Assembly (NCBI GenBank): GCA_038883655.1
Contig: JAVZLQ010000004.1
Location: forward strand, 168,468 to 232,467
From: Candidatus Bathyarchaeia archaeon
GTDB taxonomy: Archaea; Thermoproteota; Bathyarchaeia; Bathyarchaeales; Bathycorpusculaceae
DNA length: 64,000 nucleotides
Direction of reading: 5' to 3'
In this document: piece after piece, positions 27,816-36,878 of the stretch
Layout of the letters: each line of letters begins with the position of its first letter
Numbering within the stretch: the first letter of the stretch is position 1
Notes under the pieces: generated by a model
What the model was told of the DNA's origin: nothing
The model's input: the letters and a program-made list of their open reading frames with translations, nothing else
Database searches by the model: none
Position numbers and translations under genes: made by a program

Positions 27816-28688
27816 ATGGAGATAACGCTAAAGCCAGCAACACCATTCAATTTGGATGTTACGCTTTGCTGCGGTCAAGCCTTTAGGTGGACTAAGCATG
27901 GCAAATGGTGGTACGGCATTGTTGGAGAGAAAGTGTTTAAAATACGTCAATGCTGTGAGAGGCTTGAGTTTGAGAATGTTAACGAAAAGTTCGTGATAAA
28001 CTATTTTGGGCTGAATGACGATTTACAATGCATTTATAGAAAAATCTGCAAGGACAAACACATTAAAGACGCCATAGAAGCCTCAAAAGGCCTGCGCATC
28101 ATTCGCCAAGAGCCATGGGAGTGCCTAATCTCCTACATCTGCGCAACATATAAGAATATTCCAGCGATACAGAAAATGATTGAAGCGTTGTCCAGAAGGT
28201 TTGGAGAAAAAATCCGCTTCGATGGAATGGAGTTTTACACTTTTCCAACAAAGGAAGAAATTGCAAGTGCAACAGTTAAAGAGTTAGAGGAATGTGGTCT
28301 TGGGTATAGAGCAAAATACGTGCATGAAACAGCTAAAGCCATGTACAAAGCCGACTTCAATTTCAAACAGTTAAAGGAGACCAGTTATGAAAAGGCTAAA
28401 AGTGAATTGCTGCGCTTTCCAGGTGTAGGTCACAAAGTTGCTGATTGCATATTGCTGTTCGCCTTAGAAAAGTTTGAGGCGTTTCCAGTGGACGTTTGGA
28501 TAAAACGTGCCATCTTAAAATTTTATGCGCATCACTTTCCAGAGGATTTTGTGGCAAAATTGTCCAGCAAAACTGCCCTAACGTCTTCCATGTATAACAC
28601 GCTTAGCCTTTTTGGAAGAAAATACTTTGGCGATTATGCGGGTTACGCGCAAGAATACCTTTATCACTACGTAAAAACGCAAAGCTAG
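27816..28688 (+). CDS. ogg1: 8-oxoguanine DNA glycosylase (Ogg1-type, HhH-GPD)
   Basis: TLCCGQAFRW, RQEPWECLISYI, LGYRAKY, GVGHKVADC, FPVDVW, AGYAQEYL. Confidence 0.9.
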   Translation: MEITLKPATPFNLDVTLCCGQAFRWTKHGKWWYGIVGEKVFKIRQCCERLEFENVNEKFVINYFGLNDDLQCIYRKICKDKHIKDAIEASKGLRIIRQEPWECLISYICATYKNIPAIQKMIEALSRRFGEKIRFDGMEFYTFPTKEEIASATVKELEECGLGYRAKYVHETAKAMYKADFNFKQLKETSYEKAKSELLRFPGVGHKVADCILLFALEKFEAFPVDVWIKRAILKFYAHHFPEDFVAKLSSKTALTSSMYNTLSLFGRKYFGDYAGYAQEYLYHYVKTQS

Positions 28689-29074
28689 ATTAGATTCTTC
28701 TCTTTCAAGATTTCCGCGGCGGCACTGCCACTTGTGGTTGTTATGGACATAGCCTCTGAAACTTGTTTCATTGCTGCAGAATAGTTATGCCTTAAAGTTT
28801 GTTCAACAGCCTCGTCAAGCTTTGCGCCTACGTCCGTGAATTGCTTAACTCCAGAAGCGTTAGCGGCAATATTAACCTCAGAAATGAATGCGCTCAAATA
28901 GGCAACGAAGATTTTCTCTGCACCAGCAACCTCTTCTTGCTTCATGTTCTCCAAAGCTTCCAAAAGCTTCGCTACCAGAATCAAATTTGATTTTATCTTT
29001 TCAGCATAGTGGAAAACTGTTAATGCTCTTTTAACTTCCAAGAGTCTTCTCCACTTAAAGGTATAACCCGCCAC
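28685..29074 (-). CDS. Hypothetical helical protein (start uncertain)
   Basis: ORF coupled to the thioredoxin-family gene. Confidence 0.6.
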   Translation of the reverse strand: MAGYTFKWRRLLEVKRALTVFHYAEKIKSNLILVAKLLEALENMKQEEVAGAEKIFVAYLSAFISEVNIAANASGVKQFTDVGAKLDEAVEQTLRHNYSAAMKQVSEAMSITTTSGSAAAEILKEKNLI

Positions 29075-29351
29075 TTTGGGCAGTTCTTTCTTTCCACTTT
29101 TCTATTCGCTTTTTGACTTCCTCCTCAAGTTTCTCCTTGGAAATGAGGCGCCCCTTAACTATAACTTCGTCGCCTATTATTATGCTTGGCGTGCTCATAA
29201 TCTGGTAGGCTAACCCTTCTTTTAGGCCTTCCTCTGTTGCCATGTCCACTTCTTTAAAGGCTATACCAAACTTCTGCGCAACCTCCGCAACAATAGTTTT
29301 AGCAACTGAGCAAACTGGACAAGTGGGCAGAGTGAAAACCTTCAACTCCAT
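29055..29351 (-). CDS. Thioredoxin/glutaredoxin-family protein
   Basis: TCPVC active site and cis-Pro STP; ATG at 29351. Confidence 0.88.
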   Translation of the reverse strand: MELKVFTLPTCPVCSVAKTIVAEVAQKFGIAFKEVDMATEEGLKEGLAYQIMSTPSIIIGDEVIVKGRLISKEKLEEEVKKRIEKWKERTAQSGGLYL

Positions 29352-29487
29352 ACGCCTTTCTCCAAAGCATAAACTCTTTACGTAACAGCCTTTTAAATTT
29401 TCCACCAGACCCTTAAACACGGAAAACGTTTAAATTAAATTCCAAACAGCATATTAAATGGCGCAGAATGCGCAGCAAGCGAACCAT

Positions 29488-29578
29488 GGGCCCGTAGCTC
29501 AGCTAGGTTAGAGCGACAGGCTCATAAACAGCGCATTGAGAAACCTGTTGGTCGCCGGTTCAAATCCGGCCGGGCCCA
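29488..29578 (+). tRNA. tRNA with CAT anticodon (probably Ile2, alternatively elongator Met) and a 16-nt canonical intron (about 29527-29542)
   Basis: GGGCCCG/CGGGCCC acceptor stem, ACAGG-CT-CAT-A^A-CCTGT anticodon arm, GTTCAAATC T-loop, CTCA/TGAG BHB helix. CCA is not encoded. Confidence 0.93.
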
Positions 29579-29677
29579 TTTCGCGCGTTTTGTTATGTGT
29601 CTTTTTGTTGTACATGTACGCAAAAAAGTTTATTAAATATCAATATTTTCGATATTTATTGCGAAGGGGTGCAATTC

Positions 29678-30040
29678 ATGGAAAAAAATTTAAGTGCGGT
29701 TCGCATGGGCTATGAAGATTTGGGTTTGGGCTATCATTGCGATGGGTGTCATGAAACCTTTCAGAGACCTCTTTTGGCAACGGACTCTTCTGGTGGACGT
29801 GTTCACGTTTATTATGCTTGTCCACGTTGTCTTTCAAAGGTTGATGTGAAGGAGCGTGGGCGCAGCGAGGAGCGAGAAGAAAGCCGAGCAATTGCAGAAA
29901 AAGCTAAAAAAGTTATTGGTGAGCAGGCGAGTGTTGGTTGTAAGCATTTTCTTGGGTACTTGCGAAAGCGCCCAAAGAACACGCCTATTCCAGACGAGTG
30001 TTTAACATGCGAAAGAATGATTGAATGTTTAGCGTACTGA
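29678..30040 (+). CDS. Cys/His-rich putative zinc-binding protein
   Basis: CDGC, CPRC, CKH.LGYL..RPK..PIPDECLTC...IEC. Confidence 0.75.
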   Translation: MEKNLSAVRMGYEDLGLGYHCDGCHETFQRPLLATDSSGGRVHVYYACPRCLSKVDVKERGRSEEREESRAIAEKAKKVIGEQASVGCKHFLGYLRKRPKNTPIPDECLTCERMIECLAY

Positions 30041-30103
30041 GCCTTGACTGGTTAAAGGATTAAATAGCTTTCTGGCGTTTACCTTTCAGTCAGTGAGTTT
30101 CGC

Positions 30104-30835
30104 TTGCTTCCCATCAGAGATGTTAATAGGGCTAAGACAACACCACATGTGAACCGCCTACTAATAATTTTGAACATAATAATTTTTGTTGTCTTTTGGT
30201 TTTCAAGCGTAGGAGTTTTGGACGAGCGAATAGCAGTTTACATGATGGGAACGGAGAACGGCGGACATGGCGCTTTTGTGATGGTACCAGAGGAAATTCT
30301 TCGTGGTGAACGCTTGTTCACATTGTTTACTTCGATGTTTATGCATGCCAACTGGTTTCATCTTTTTGGGAACATGCTCTTTCTCTTCGTTTTCGGCGAT
30401 AATGTCGAAGACGTTTTTGGACATGCTGGATACCTAATCTTCTATCTCATCTGCGGGCTAGCAGCAAGTTTCACACATATATTTGTAACGTTGTATGCGC
30501 CTCTGCTGCATAAACTTATGGGTTTGCCCGTAACTTCAAGTTTAGCTGAAGGCGTCGTAGGGGCTTCTGGAGCCATATCAGGCGTTTTAGGTGCATACTT
30601 CATACTCTACCCAAAAGCCATAGTTTTAACGCTGTTTGTCTATGCGATATTGCCAGTACCAGCATTCATTTTCCTAGGCATATGGTTCCTCCTGCAATGG
30701 GTTTATGTGCGCTTCGACCCTTCTGGTAGAGTAGCCTACTTTGCGCACATAGGCGGCTTCATTGCAGGCTTGATTTTAGCTTTGGCTTTTGGACTTAAAC
30801 GGAAAAAGAGACTGCAAGAACGTTTCCGCTTGTAG
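30104..30835 (+). CDS. Rhomboid intramembrane serine protease
   Basis: FMHA..FHLFGNM, GASGA (catalytic Ser), AHIGG (catalytic His). Confidence 0.95.
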   Translation: MLPIRDVNRAKTTPHVNRLLIILNIIIFVVFWFSSVGVLDERIAVYMMGTENGGHGAFVMVPEEILRGERLFTLFTSMFMHANWFHLFGNMLFLFVFGDNVEDVFGHAGYLIFYLICGLAASFTHIFVTLYAPLLHKLMGLPVTSSLAEGVVGASGAISGVLGAYFILYPKAIVLTLFVYAILPVPAFIFLGIWFLLQWVYVRFDPSGRVAYFAHIGGFIAGLILALAFGLKRKKRLQERFRL

Positions 30836-30864
30836 CTTGCAGTTTATAAAAGGGCGTTTGTTTC

Positions 30865-30928
30865 GGGGTCTGTCCGTCATGAGTTCCTCATCCGCATAAA
30901 TCAGACTGGGACGGCAACATCATCCCCC
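30865..30928 (-). ncRNA. Box C/D double-guide sRNA
   Basis: Minus strand reads GGGGG-ATGATGT(C)-TGCCGTCCCAGT-CTGA(D')-TTTATGCGG-ATGAGGA(C')-ACTCATGACGGA-CAGA(D)-CCCC. Terminal G/C stem; guides complementary to 23S rRNA. Confidence 0.8.
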
Positions 30929-30966
30929 AAAGTTTACAATGTTATACGCCCTTAAATGAATTGCTA

Positions 30967-31293
30967 TCAACTTGCCTTTTCCATTCTTTTGTTTAGTGTT
31001 TTTATTGTTCCAGAAACTGTTAGTATGTGGATTGTTGCTGGTTTTTCTCCTATTCTGGTTATTGTTGCTATTGATGCCCTAACCGTTTTTAGGGCAGTAT
31101 GCGCTACGCGTATAACCGCTAATTGGCGCTCATCATCATAGCTAATCAGCGTCAATCCTGTTTGGCTTGCGCCATACTCTCCATAAAGCTTCAGTACCGC
31201 GTTCCATACGCTGTCAATAAGCTCTTTTGAGCCTATTTTTTCTGTGGAATCTATTTTAAGCGCCAAATAGCGTCTCTTCACCTTCTTCAGCAA
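30967..31293 (-). CDS. rnp2: RNase P protein Pop5/Rpp14
   Basis: KRRYLA, LYGEYGAS, VSGTIK. Confidence 0.92.
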   Translation of the reverse strand: MLKKVKRRYLALKIDSTEKIGSKELIDSVWNAVLKLYGEYGASQTGLTLISYDDERQLAVIRVAHTALKTVRASIATITRIGEKPATIHILTVSGTIKTLNKRMEKAS

Positions 31294-32021
31294 TCCTTCC
31301 CTCTCCGAATCACCCTTATTCCAGGCGCAACAAACTTTGGACTGAGCTTTTCCCTATTTCTTTTTACTATAGCTATCGGGTTTTTTGAAACTGCCTTTAA
31401 GGCTGTTGCCTCATCTAAGTCGAAGAGATAAGCCAAAGAAGCTTGCTCCATTGGTTTTCGCATAAGCCTCTCGTCCGCCACGCCGCTTGAAACCACGATT
31501 GGGACGCCATATTTAATGGCGATTATTGCTTCTCTTCTTAGGCTGTGAATGAGCCTCACTCTTGCGAGTCCTTCAAGCGTGAGCAGAAGCCTTATGTCTA
31601 TTTCCAGTGATGCCAAAGCATTTGAAGCCAACTCCGCCTCAGCCTTATCAAAGAATCTTTTGCGAAAGTCCGTTGATGGGAAGTTTAGGAGGTCTACGCG
31701 CCTATCCTTTGCCGCTTGTCTGGCGACGCTCTTAGACTCGCACAGCACGGCTATTAACTCGAATTTTCTCCGTAGCTTTCTTAAGTCTCTGATTAGCTCT
31801 TTTGGGCTTCGTGGTTTTAAATCCACACGAGAAACAAAGTCAATTCCGTTTTCTTCGCATAATTCTTTCAGTTTTTTGGTTTCTTCGTGTCTAAAATTAT
31901 GTGGTAATGGTATAGCTATAAACTTATATCCAAGCTCCGAAGCCTTACTTATAATTCGCGAAACCTTTTCTAAATCTCTCGGATTCGAAAGCAAATGCAA
32001 GTCAGCATATGCCCTTTTCAT
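31287..32021 (-). CDS. rnp3: RNase P protein Rpp30
   Basis: ADLH, RVDLL, ALEID, PIVVSSG; located in the rpl15e cluster. Confidence 0.9.
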   Translation of the reverse strand: MKRAYADLHLLSNPRDLEKVSRIISKASELGYKFIAIPLPHNFRHEETKKLKELCEENGIDFVSRVDLKPRSPKELIRDLRKLRRKFELIAVLCESKSVARQAAKDRRVDLLNFPSTDFRKRFFDKAEAELASNALASLEIDIRLLLTLEGLARVRLIHSLRREAIIAIKYGVPIVVSSGVADERLMRKPMEQASLAYLFDLDEATALKAVSKNPIAIVKRNREKLSPKFVAPGIRVIRRGKDC

Positions 32022-32497
32022 GGAAGCAACCCAAACTTTCTGCAAATTTCAAGTATTTCCTTCGGCTTCTCCTTTCTGAAATGTATCTTAAAATGGATCG
32101 CATCAGCCTTGGCAATTCGTGCCTCGTTCAAATAGGCGGATTGCTTATCAAGCCTAAGATAGAGGTTTCCCCTCTCCAAATGACTTTCAATCTCGCTGTT
32201 CAAAATTTCCTTATCCATAATGCCCAAACCAGCCGCAATTCTGCCAAAAATGGCTTGAACCGCGTTCTTGTCTTTAATCCGCGCTTCGAACAGTATTATT
32301 GGATTTCCATGATGCCCAGCTAAACTCGACTTCTTGAATGCGACAGCATCTAATGTTTCTGGCGGAAGCATGTTGCGCACTGCCGTGAGAACTTTCTCTG
32401 GGTCTTCAGTTGCGTGTGCAAACACTCTTATGGCGATATATCCTATCGGGTTTTTAGAAGACAAAGGCGCTATCACTACTTCTAAATTAAACGCCAT
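32018..32497 (-). CDS. DUF54/PF01877 RNA-binding protein
   Basis: HATEDPEKV, GHHGNPI, LYLRLDKQ. Confidence 0.9.
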   Translation of the reverse strand: MAFNLEVVIAPLSSKNPIGYIAIRVFAHATEDPEKVLTAVRNMLPPETLDAVAFKKSSLAGHHGNPIILFEARIKDKNAVQAIFGRIAAGLGIMDKEILNSEIESHLERGNLYLRLDKQSAYLNEARIAKADAIHFKIHFRKEKPKEILEICRKFGLLP

Positions 32498-32731
32498 TTA
32501 GCTTTTAGACTTTGCTTTGCGGCGAGGCTTTTCCTTCTTGCCTTTCAGAAAACCTTTAATTGCTTCAACATTTTCTTGGTGGGCTGTTCTCCGCCTAGAG
32601 TCTACTGGAATTCCAAGTTTCAATGCTTCTTTTAGGCTTAATCCAGCCTTCTTCAGTTCTTCTCGGCTGAAACCTTTTCCCAGACGCTGTTTTCCGCCTT
32701 TTTTGAAAACTTTTGCCTTTAAAGCCATCAT
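32498..32731 (-). CDS. rpl13e: Ribosomal protein eL13
   Basis: RLGKGFSREELKKAGL..KEA.KLGIPVDSRRRT...N. Confidence 0.9.
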   Translation of the reverse strand: MMALKAKVFKKGGKQRLGKGFSREELKKAGLSLKEALKLGIPVDSRRRTAHQENVEAIKGFLKGKKEKPRRKAKSKS

Positions 32732-32749
32732 GGGACGCTATTCTCCCAT

Positions 32750-33313
32750 TCAAGCCTTCTTGCTTGGTCTAAACTTCTCCGCGCCACGTCCCTTTAGCCT
32801 TAATCCCCTAACCTTTTTGCCCGCGCTTGTCAAACCCCTAAAAACCCTTCCTTTATGCTGTTTCTGTGTTATCCAATTAATGTCCTTATTAGCCTTTATT
32901 ACTGGGTGATGCGGATCCACCATTATGACTTCAAACCATTTTGAGCGTCCATCTTCGCCTACCCAATAGGAGTTTAGAACTTCAAGATTTGGAAACTTTC
33001 TTGCAGCGCGTTCTTCGGCTATAAGCCTCAAACTTTTGGCTGGCTTGAACTTTTTGACGCCCATGCGTTTTGGTCTTCTTCCAGACCTTGGACGCTGTTT
33101 CCGCAAGCCACCCCTTCTAACGCGCACGCGCACTATTATGAAGCCTTGTTTCGCCTTGTAACCAAGCTTTCTTGCTCTGTCTAGTCTTGTGGGTTTTTCC
33201 ACGCGAGTTATGGCTGGTTGCCTACGCCATTCAATTAGCCTCTGGCGCATAAGCTCGTCTACGAAGGATTTTTCTGGTTTTGACCAAGCTTCTGCGATGT
33301 ACTTGTAAGCCAT
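32750..33313 (-). CDS. rpl15e: Ribosomal protein eL15
   Basis: [41 protein letters not shown]. Confidence 0.97.
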   Translation of the reverse strand: MAYKYIAEAWSKPEKSFVDELMRQRLIEWRRQPAITRVEKPTRLDRARKLGYKAKQGFIIVRVRVRRGGLRKQRPRSGRRPKRMGVKKFKPAKSLRLIAEERAARKFPNLEVLNSYWVGEDGRSKWFEVIMVDPHHPVIKANKDINWITQKQHKGRVFRGLTSAGKKVRGLRLKGRGAEKFRPSKKA

Positions 33314-33342
33314 TCTTAACGTATTCCTCCTTTCCAGTTTAT

Positions 33343-33390
33343 GGTTCAACCCTTTTCTTTAGGGTTACATTCCAGCGGACGTTGTCCGCC
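33343..33390 (-). promoter_or_regulatory. Candidate eL15 ribosomal leader RNA
   Basis: Minus strand GCGGAC-AAC-GTCCGC / TGGAATGT / AACCCT-AAAGAAA-AGGGTT / GAACC in the rpl15e 5' UTR. Confidence 0.65.
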
Positions 33391-33487
33391 AACGTTCTGT
33401 TCATAACACTATTATCAACGAAATAAACTTTTCCAGCAAAAACAAATTAACACACTAAAAGTTTACAGTATAAAAGGGATAATCAAA

Positions 33488-33946
33488 TTAGCCGTGCACT
33501 TTCTGTTCTTCGAGTTCTCTTGCGCGTGTTTCTATGAACTCTTTAACCTTTTCTTGACTGTACTTTCTTTCTTCCTCCTGCTTTTTCAGCTGCTCCTTTA
33601 TCGTCGCCAAGAGCTTTTTCATTTCAATGGGCTTCACAACGTAACCATCTGCGCCTCTGTTTAGTACTTCGATTGCGTTTTGGAGCGTTGGATATCCCGT
33701 AATTATTATTTTGCGCATTTTTGGCACGGTATCCCTCAACTTTTGTAGGAGCTTTACGCCTTCCATGTCCTGCAGCCTAATGTCAATCAGCGCCAAATTG
33801 TAGAATTTTCTATAGGATTTTCTAACGGCTTCTTTTCCGCTTGCAGCAGTATCAACAGCGTACCCCTCGTCCTCTAGCACGGCTTTCAGCACTTTTCTTA
33901 TGCTCTCGTCATCATCGACGACAAGTATTCTTGCACGCCTAACCAA
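33488..33946 (-). CDS. Response regulator (receiver domain plus coiled tail)
   Basis: ILVVDDD, LIDIRL (phospho-Asp), IITG, KP. Confidence 0.93.
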   Translation of the reverse strand: MVRRARILVVDDDESIRKVLKAVLEDEGYAVDTAASGKEAVRKSYRKFYNLALIDIRLQDMEGVKLLQKLRDTVPKMRKIIITGYPTLQNAIEVLNRGADGYVVKPIEMKKLLATIKEQLKKQEEERKYSQEKVKEFIETRARELEEQKVHG

Positions 33947-35883
33947 ACTTTTTCACCCCCTTCTCTTTCGCTTTTCGGTTTGATTGGAATGGTCACCGTG
34001 AAAATTGTTCCTTCATTAACAGCGCTTTTTACCGAAATTTTGCCACCGTGCGCCTCAACAATGCGTTTACAGATTGGTAAGCCTAAACCCATGCCTATTG
34101 ATTTTGTTGTGAAGAAGGGTGTCCAAATCTTATCCATAACCTCCTTTGTTATGCCCTTCCCGGTGTCGCTGAAGGATATCTCCACGTTTCCGTTCGCTTC
34201 GCTTGATGTTATTGTAAGTTTGCCGCCGTTTGGCATGGCATCTATAGCATTTTTAACAATGTTAACGAATACTCTCGTCATCTTTTCAACATCAACAATC
34301 ATTTTTGGGCTGTCCCGCGTCAAATCTGCAACTTGTATTTTCTCTGGGATGTGAACAATTGACAACGCTTTCTGCGCTAGCGCTTTTGGAGTTATTTCAA
34401 TTAACTCAAGCTTTATTTCACGCGAATATTCCATAAGGTCTGCGATTATGCTGTTTGCGTGGAACACGCTTTCCTCAATAAGCTTCAGCATATCTATGAT
34501 TTTTTTATTCGTGCATGCAGCCAACTTACTCTTCAAATAGTAAACTGCACTATTTATGCTGGTCAGCGGGTTTCGAAGGTCGTGTCCCACCATGGCTGCA
34601 ACCTGCCCAATGGCGGCAAGCCTTTCAGCCTTTATTAGTTGTTCTTGAGCTTCCTTCAACGCTTTGGTTCTTTGTTCCACAAGCTCCTCAAGATGCTGGG
34701 CGTACTCCTCAAGCTTTCTCTGAAGTTGCTTTCGCTCGGTTATATTTCTCACAATGCCTATTACTTCGATTTTTCCGCCGCTTGACACTGGAAACGATGA
34801 TACTTCAACACAAATCCTTTCGCCATCTTTTCTTATGAGCTCGAATTCTTCTGGACCATATTTTTCTCCACGCATGTTTTTGGCAATAGCCGCTTTAATT
34901 TTTGGCAGATATTCCCTTGGAAAAATTCCAGATTCGAAGAAGCTTTTTCCAATAAGCTCCTCTTTCTTATAGCCTATTAAGGCTTCTGCTTGCTTGTTTC
35001 CATCGATGAATCTGCCTTGTAAATCGTTTATGTAGATGGCGTCTGGCGCATACTCTATTAAGCGTTTAAGCCTTTCCTCGGACTCTTTGAGTCTTTCCTC
35101 CATCTTTCTGCGTTCGGTAACGTCCATTATGATGCTTATGGCGCCTTTATACTCGCCCTTTTCATTCCACAGTGGCGACGCAGAAATTTGGAGAATGCGT
35201 TGCCTGCCATCCCTAGTATAGAGGATTATTTCGTAACGACTAGTTCTCCCCTGTTTTCTAATTTGTGTCTGTTTCATTATCTTTTGGAAACCTTTTTCAT
35301 TAACAAATTTTCGCAAATTCACCCCAACAAGCTCGTATTCATCATAGCCAAGCATCCTAGCGAACGCGCCGTTCACAAAGGTTATGTTTTCATTTTCATC
35401 GACAGTCATTATGCCTTCCGACGCCGTCTTGAAAATAGTTTCAAGCCTTCTATTAGTTTCCATCAGCTTCCTTTCAGTTTCCTTAAGCTTTGTTATATCC
35501 AATATTATTGCCTGAAAACCAACAGTTTTGCCATTAACAATAAAACGTGTTGGTTTTGACCACAAATGGAGAATTGAACCATCCTTACGTAAAGCCCTAA
35601 ACTCCAAATCTCTTGGCTCTCTGCGCAGCGCGATGATTCTGAAGAACGAGCGTACTATTTTGACCCTGTCTTCTGGGTGTAGGAAGAACTTGAATGGGCG
35701 ACCAAGCATTTCATCAGCAGAATAGCCCAGCAAAGCGGTCATGGCCCTGTTAATATACACGAAGCGTCCTCTAGTGTCTGCGACGCCAACAGCAACAGCA
35801 GCATTTTCAACTAAACTGCGAAATCCTCTTTCGCTTATTAGATGCTTTGCGAACTCGGCTATAGTGTTACTTTTTTGCGGCAT
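33898..35883 (-). CDS. Cytoplasmic histidine kinase with three PAS domains
   Basis: Three PAS/PAC repeats (DIT/DVT/NIT), H-box GHDLRNPL, N, G1 DTGKG, F and G2 GMGLGL boxes. Confidence 0.95.
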   Translation of the reverse strand: MPQKSNTIAEFAKHLISERGFRSLVENAAVAVGVADTRGRFVYINRAMTALLGYSADEMLGRPFKFFLHPEDRVKIVRSFFRIIALRREPRDLEFRALRKDGSILHLWSKPTRFIVNGKTVGFQAIILDITKLKETERKLMETNRRLETIFKTASEGIMTVDENENITFVNGAFARMLGYDEYELVGVNLRKFVNEKGFQKIMKQTQIRKQGRTSRYEIILYTRDGRQRILQISASPLWNEKGEYKGAISIIMDVTERRKMEERLKESEERLKRLIEYAPDAIYINDLQGRFIDGNKQAEALIGYKKEELIGKSFFESGIFPREYLPKIKAAIAKNMRGEKYGPEEFELIRKDGERICVEVSSFPVSSGGKIEVIGIVRNITERKQLQRKLEEYAQHLEELVEQRTKALKEAQEQLIKAERLAAIGQVAAMVGHDLRNPLTSINSAVYYLKSKLAACTNKKIIDMLKLIEESVFHANSIIADLMEYSREIKLELIEITPKALAQKALSIVHIPEKIQVADLTRDSPKMIVDVEKMTRVFVNIVKNAIDAMPNGGKLTITSSEANGNVEISFSDTGKGITKEVMDKIWTPFFTTKSIGMGLGLPICKRIVEAHGGKISVKSAVNEGTIFTVTIPIKPKSEREGGEKVWLGVQEYLSSMMTRA

Positions 35884-36091
35884 CCCTAGGCTCCCATTAT
35901 AAACAGGCTGTGCTAAGAGGATTTTCTGTTTTGAACATTTAACTTATATGAATGTGGAGTCTAAATTAGGACTAAATTTTCATATTTAGAAACAGAATCA
36001 GAATATGAACAATCCACTTTTCCAAAAATAGCATTATAAGAAAGAAACTCCAAATACGCAGACAAAATTAAATGTTCGGCTGGATAAAGTC

Positions 36092-36874
36092 ATGACAGAA
36101 CAAAAAATAGGCTTGTCTACGCTTTATTGTTTAGGTAGACCCTTCGCGCAAATGATCAAAAGGATAGTTGAGGCAAATGTGCGCTATGTAGAAGTTGTTG
36201 ACGATGGACTTCACACCTTAGATAATAGAAAAGTGTCAGCCTTAAGAAATTTAGGAAGATCCTATAATCTAAGGTACTCGATTCACGCACCATTTGCAGA
36301 CATAAACATTGCTTCACCATCCAATTTTATGCTGAAAGCCATGCTTAAAAGGCTGGAAAAATCAATTGCTAACGCAAACAGTCTAGACGCTTACATGTGG
36401 GTTTTCCATCCGGGGCTAAAGACTGGCATCAGCATGTTCTATCCGAATGCTGATTGGATTCAAAACCGCGAAACTGCAAGGCTTCTTTCAAGGATTGCAG
36501 AGGATTATAACGTGAAAATAGCCATAGAAAACGTGCCAGAGCCATACCCGTTCATAATGAAGGGCGTTGCGGAATTCGAAAAGTTTTACATGGAAGTCAT
36601 CGAGCCAATAGGCTTGGCTTTGGATGTTGGACACGCAAACCTAAATGGGCAGATAGAACAGTTCCTGTTGAAATTCGCGGACAAGATAGTGCACGTGCAT
36701 GTTCACGATAATGATGGGCGCGAAGACCAGCATATGGGAGTCGGCTATGGCACAATAAACTGGGAAAAGTTTACAAACATGCTAAAGAAGGCGCAATTCA
36801 ACGGCGTTGTCATAGTCGAATCCATTGGACATGTCACGGAAAGTGTAGAAAAAGTTAAGCAGCTACTAAGTTGA
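36092..36874 (+). CDS. Sugar-phosphate isomerase/AP endonuclease 2 TIM-barrel protein
   Basis: HAPF.DIN, HPG, IEN, LDVGH, HVHDN.G.EDQH. Confidence 0.88.
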   Translation: MTEQKIGLSTLYCLGRPFAQMIKRIVEANVRYVEVVDDGLHTLDNRKVSALRNLGRSYNLRYSIHAPFADINIASPSNFMLKAMLKRLEKSIANANSLDAYMWVFHPGLKTGISMFYPNADWIQNRETARLLSRIAEDYNVKIAIENVPEPYPFIMKGVAEFEKFYMEVIEPIGLALDVGHANLNGQIEQFLLKFADKIVHVHVHDNDGREDQHMGVGYGTINWEKFTNMLKKAQFNGVVIVESIGHVTESVEKVKQLLS

Positions 36875-36878
36875 CGCG

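Noticed and set aside
33488-35883. Two-component system as a novelty
   Set aside because: PAS histidine kinases with receiver-only regulators are common in anaerobic archaea. The 49-bp overlap is unremarkable.
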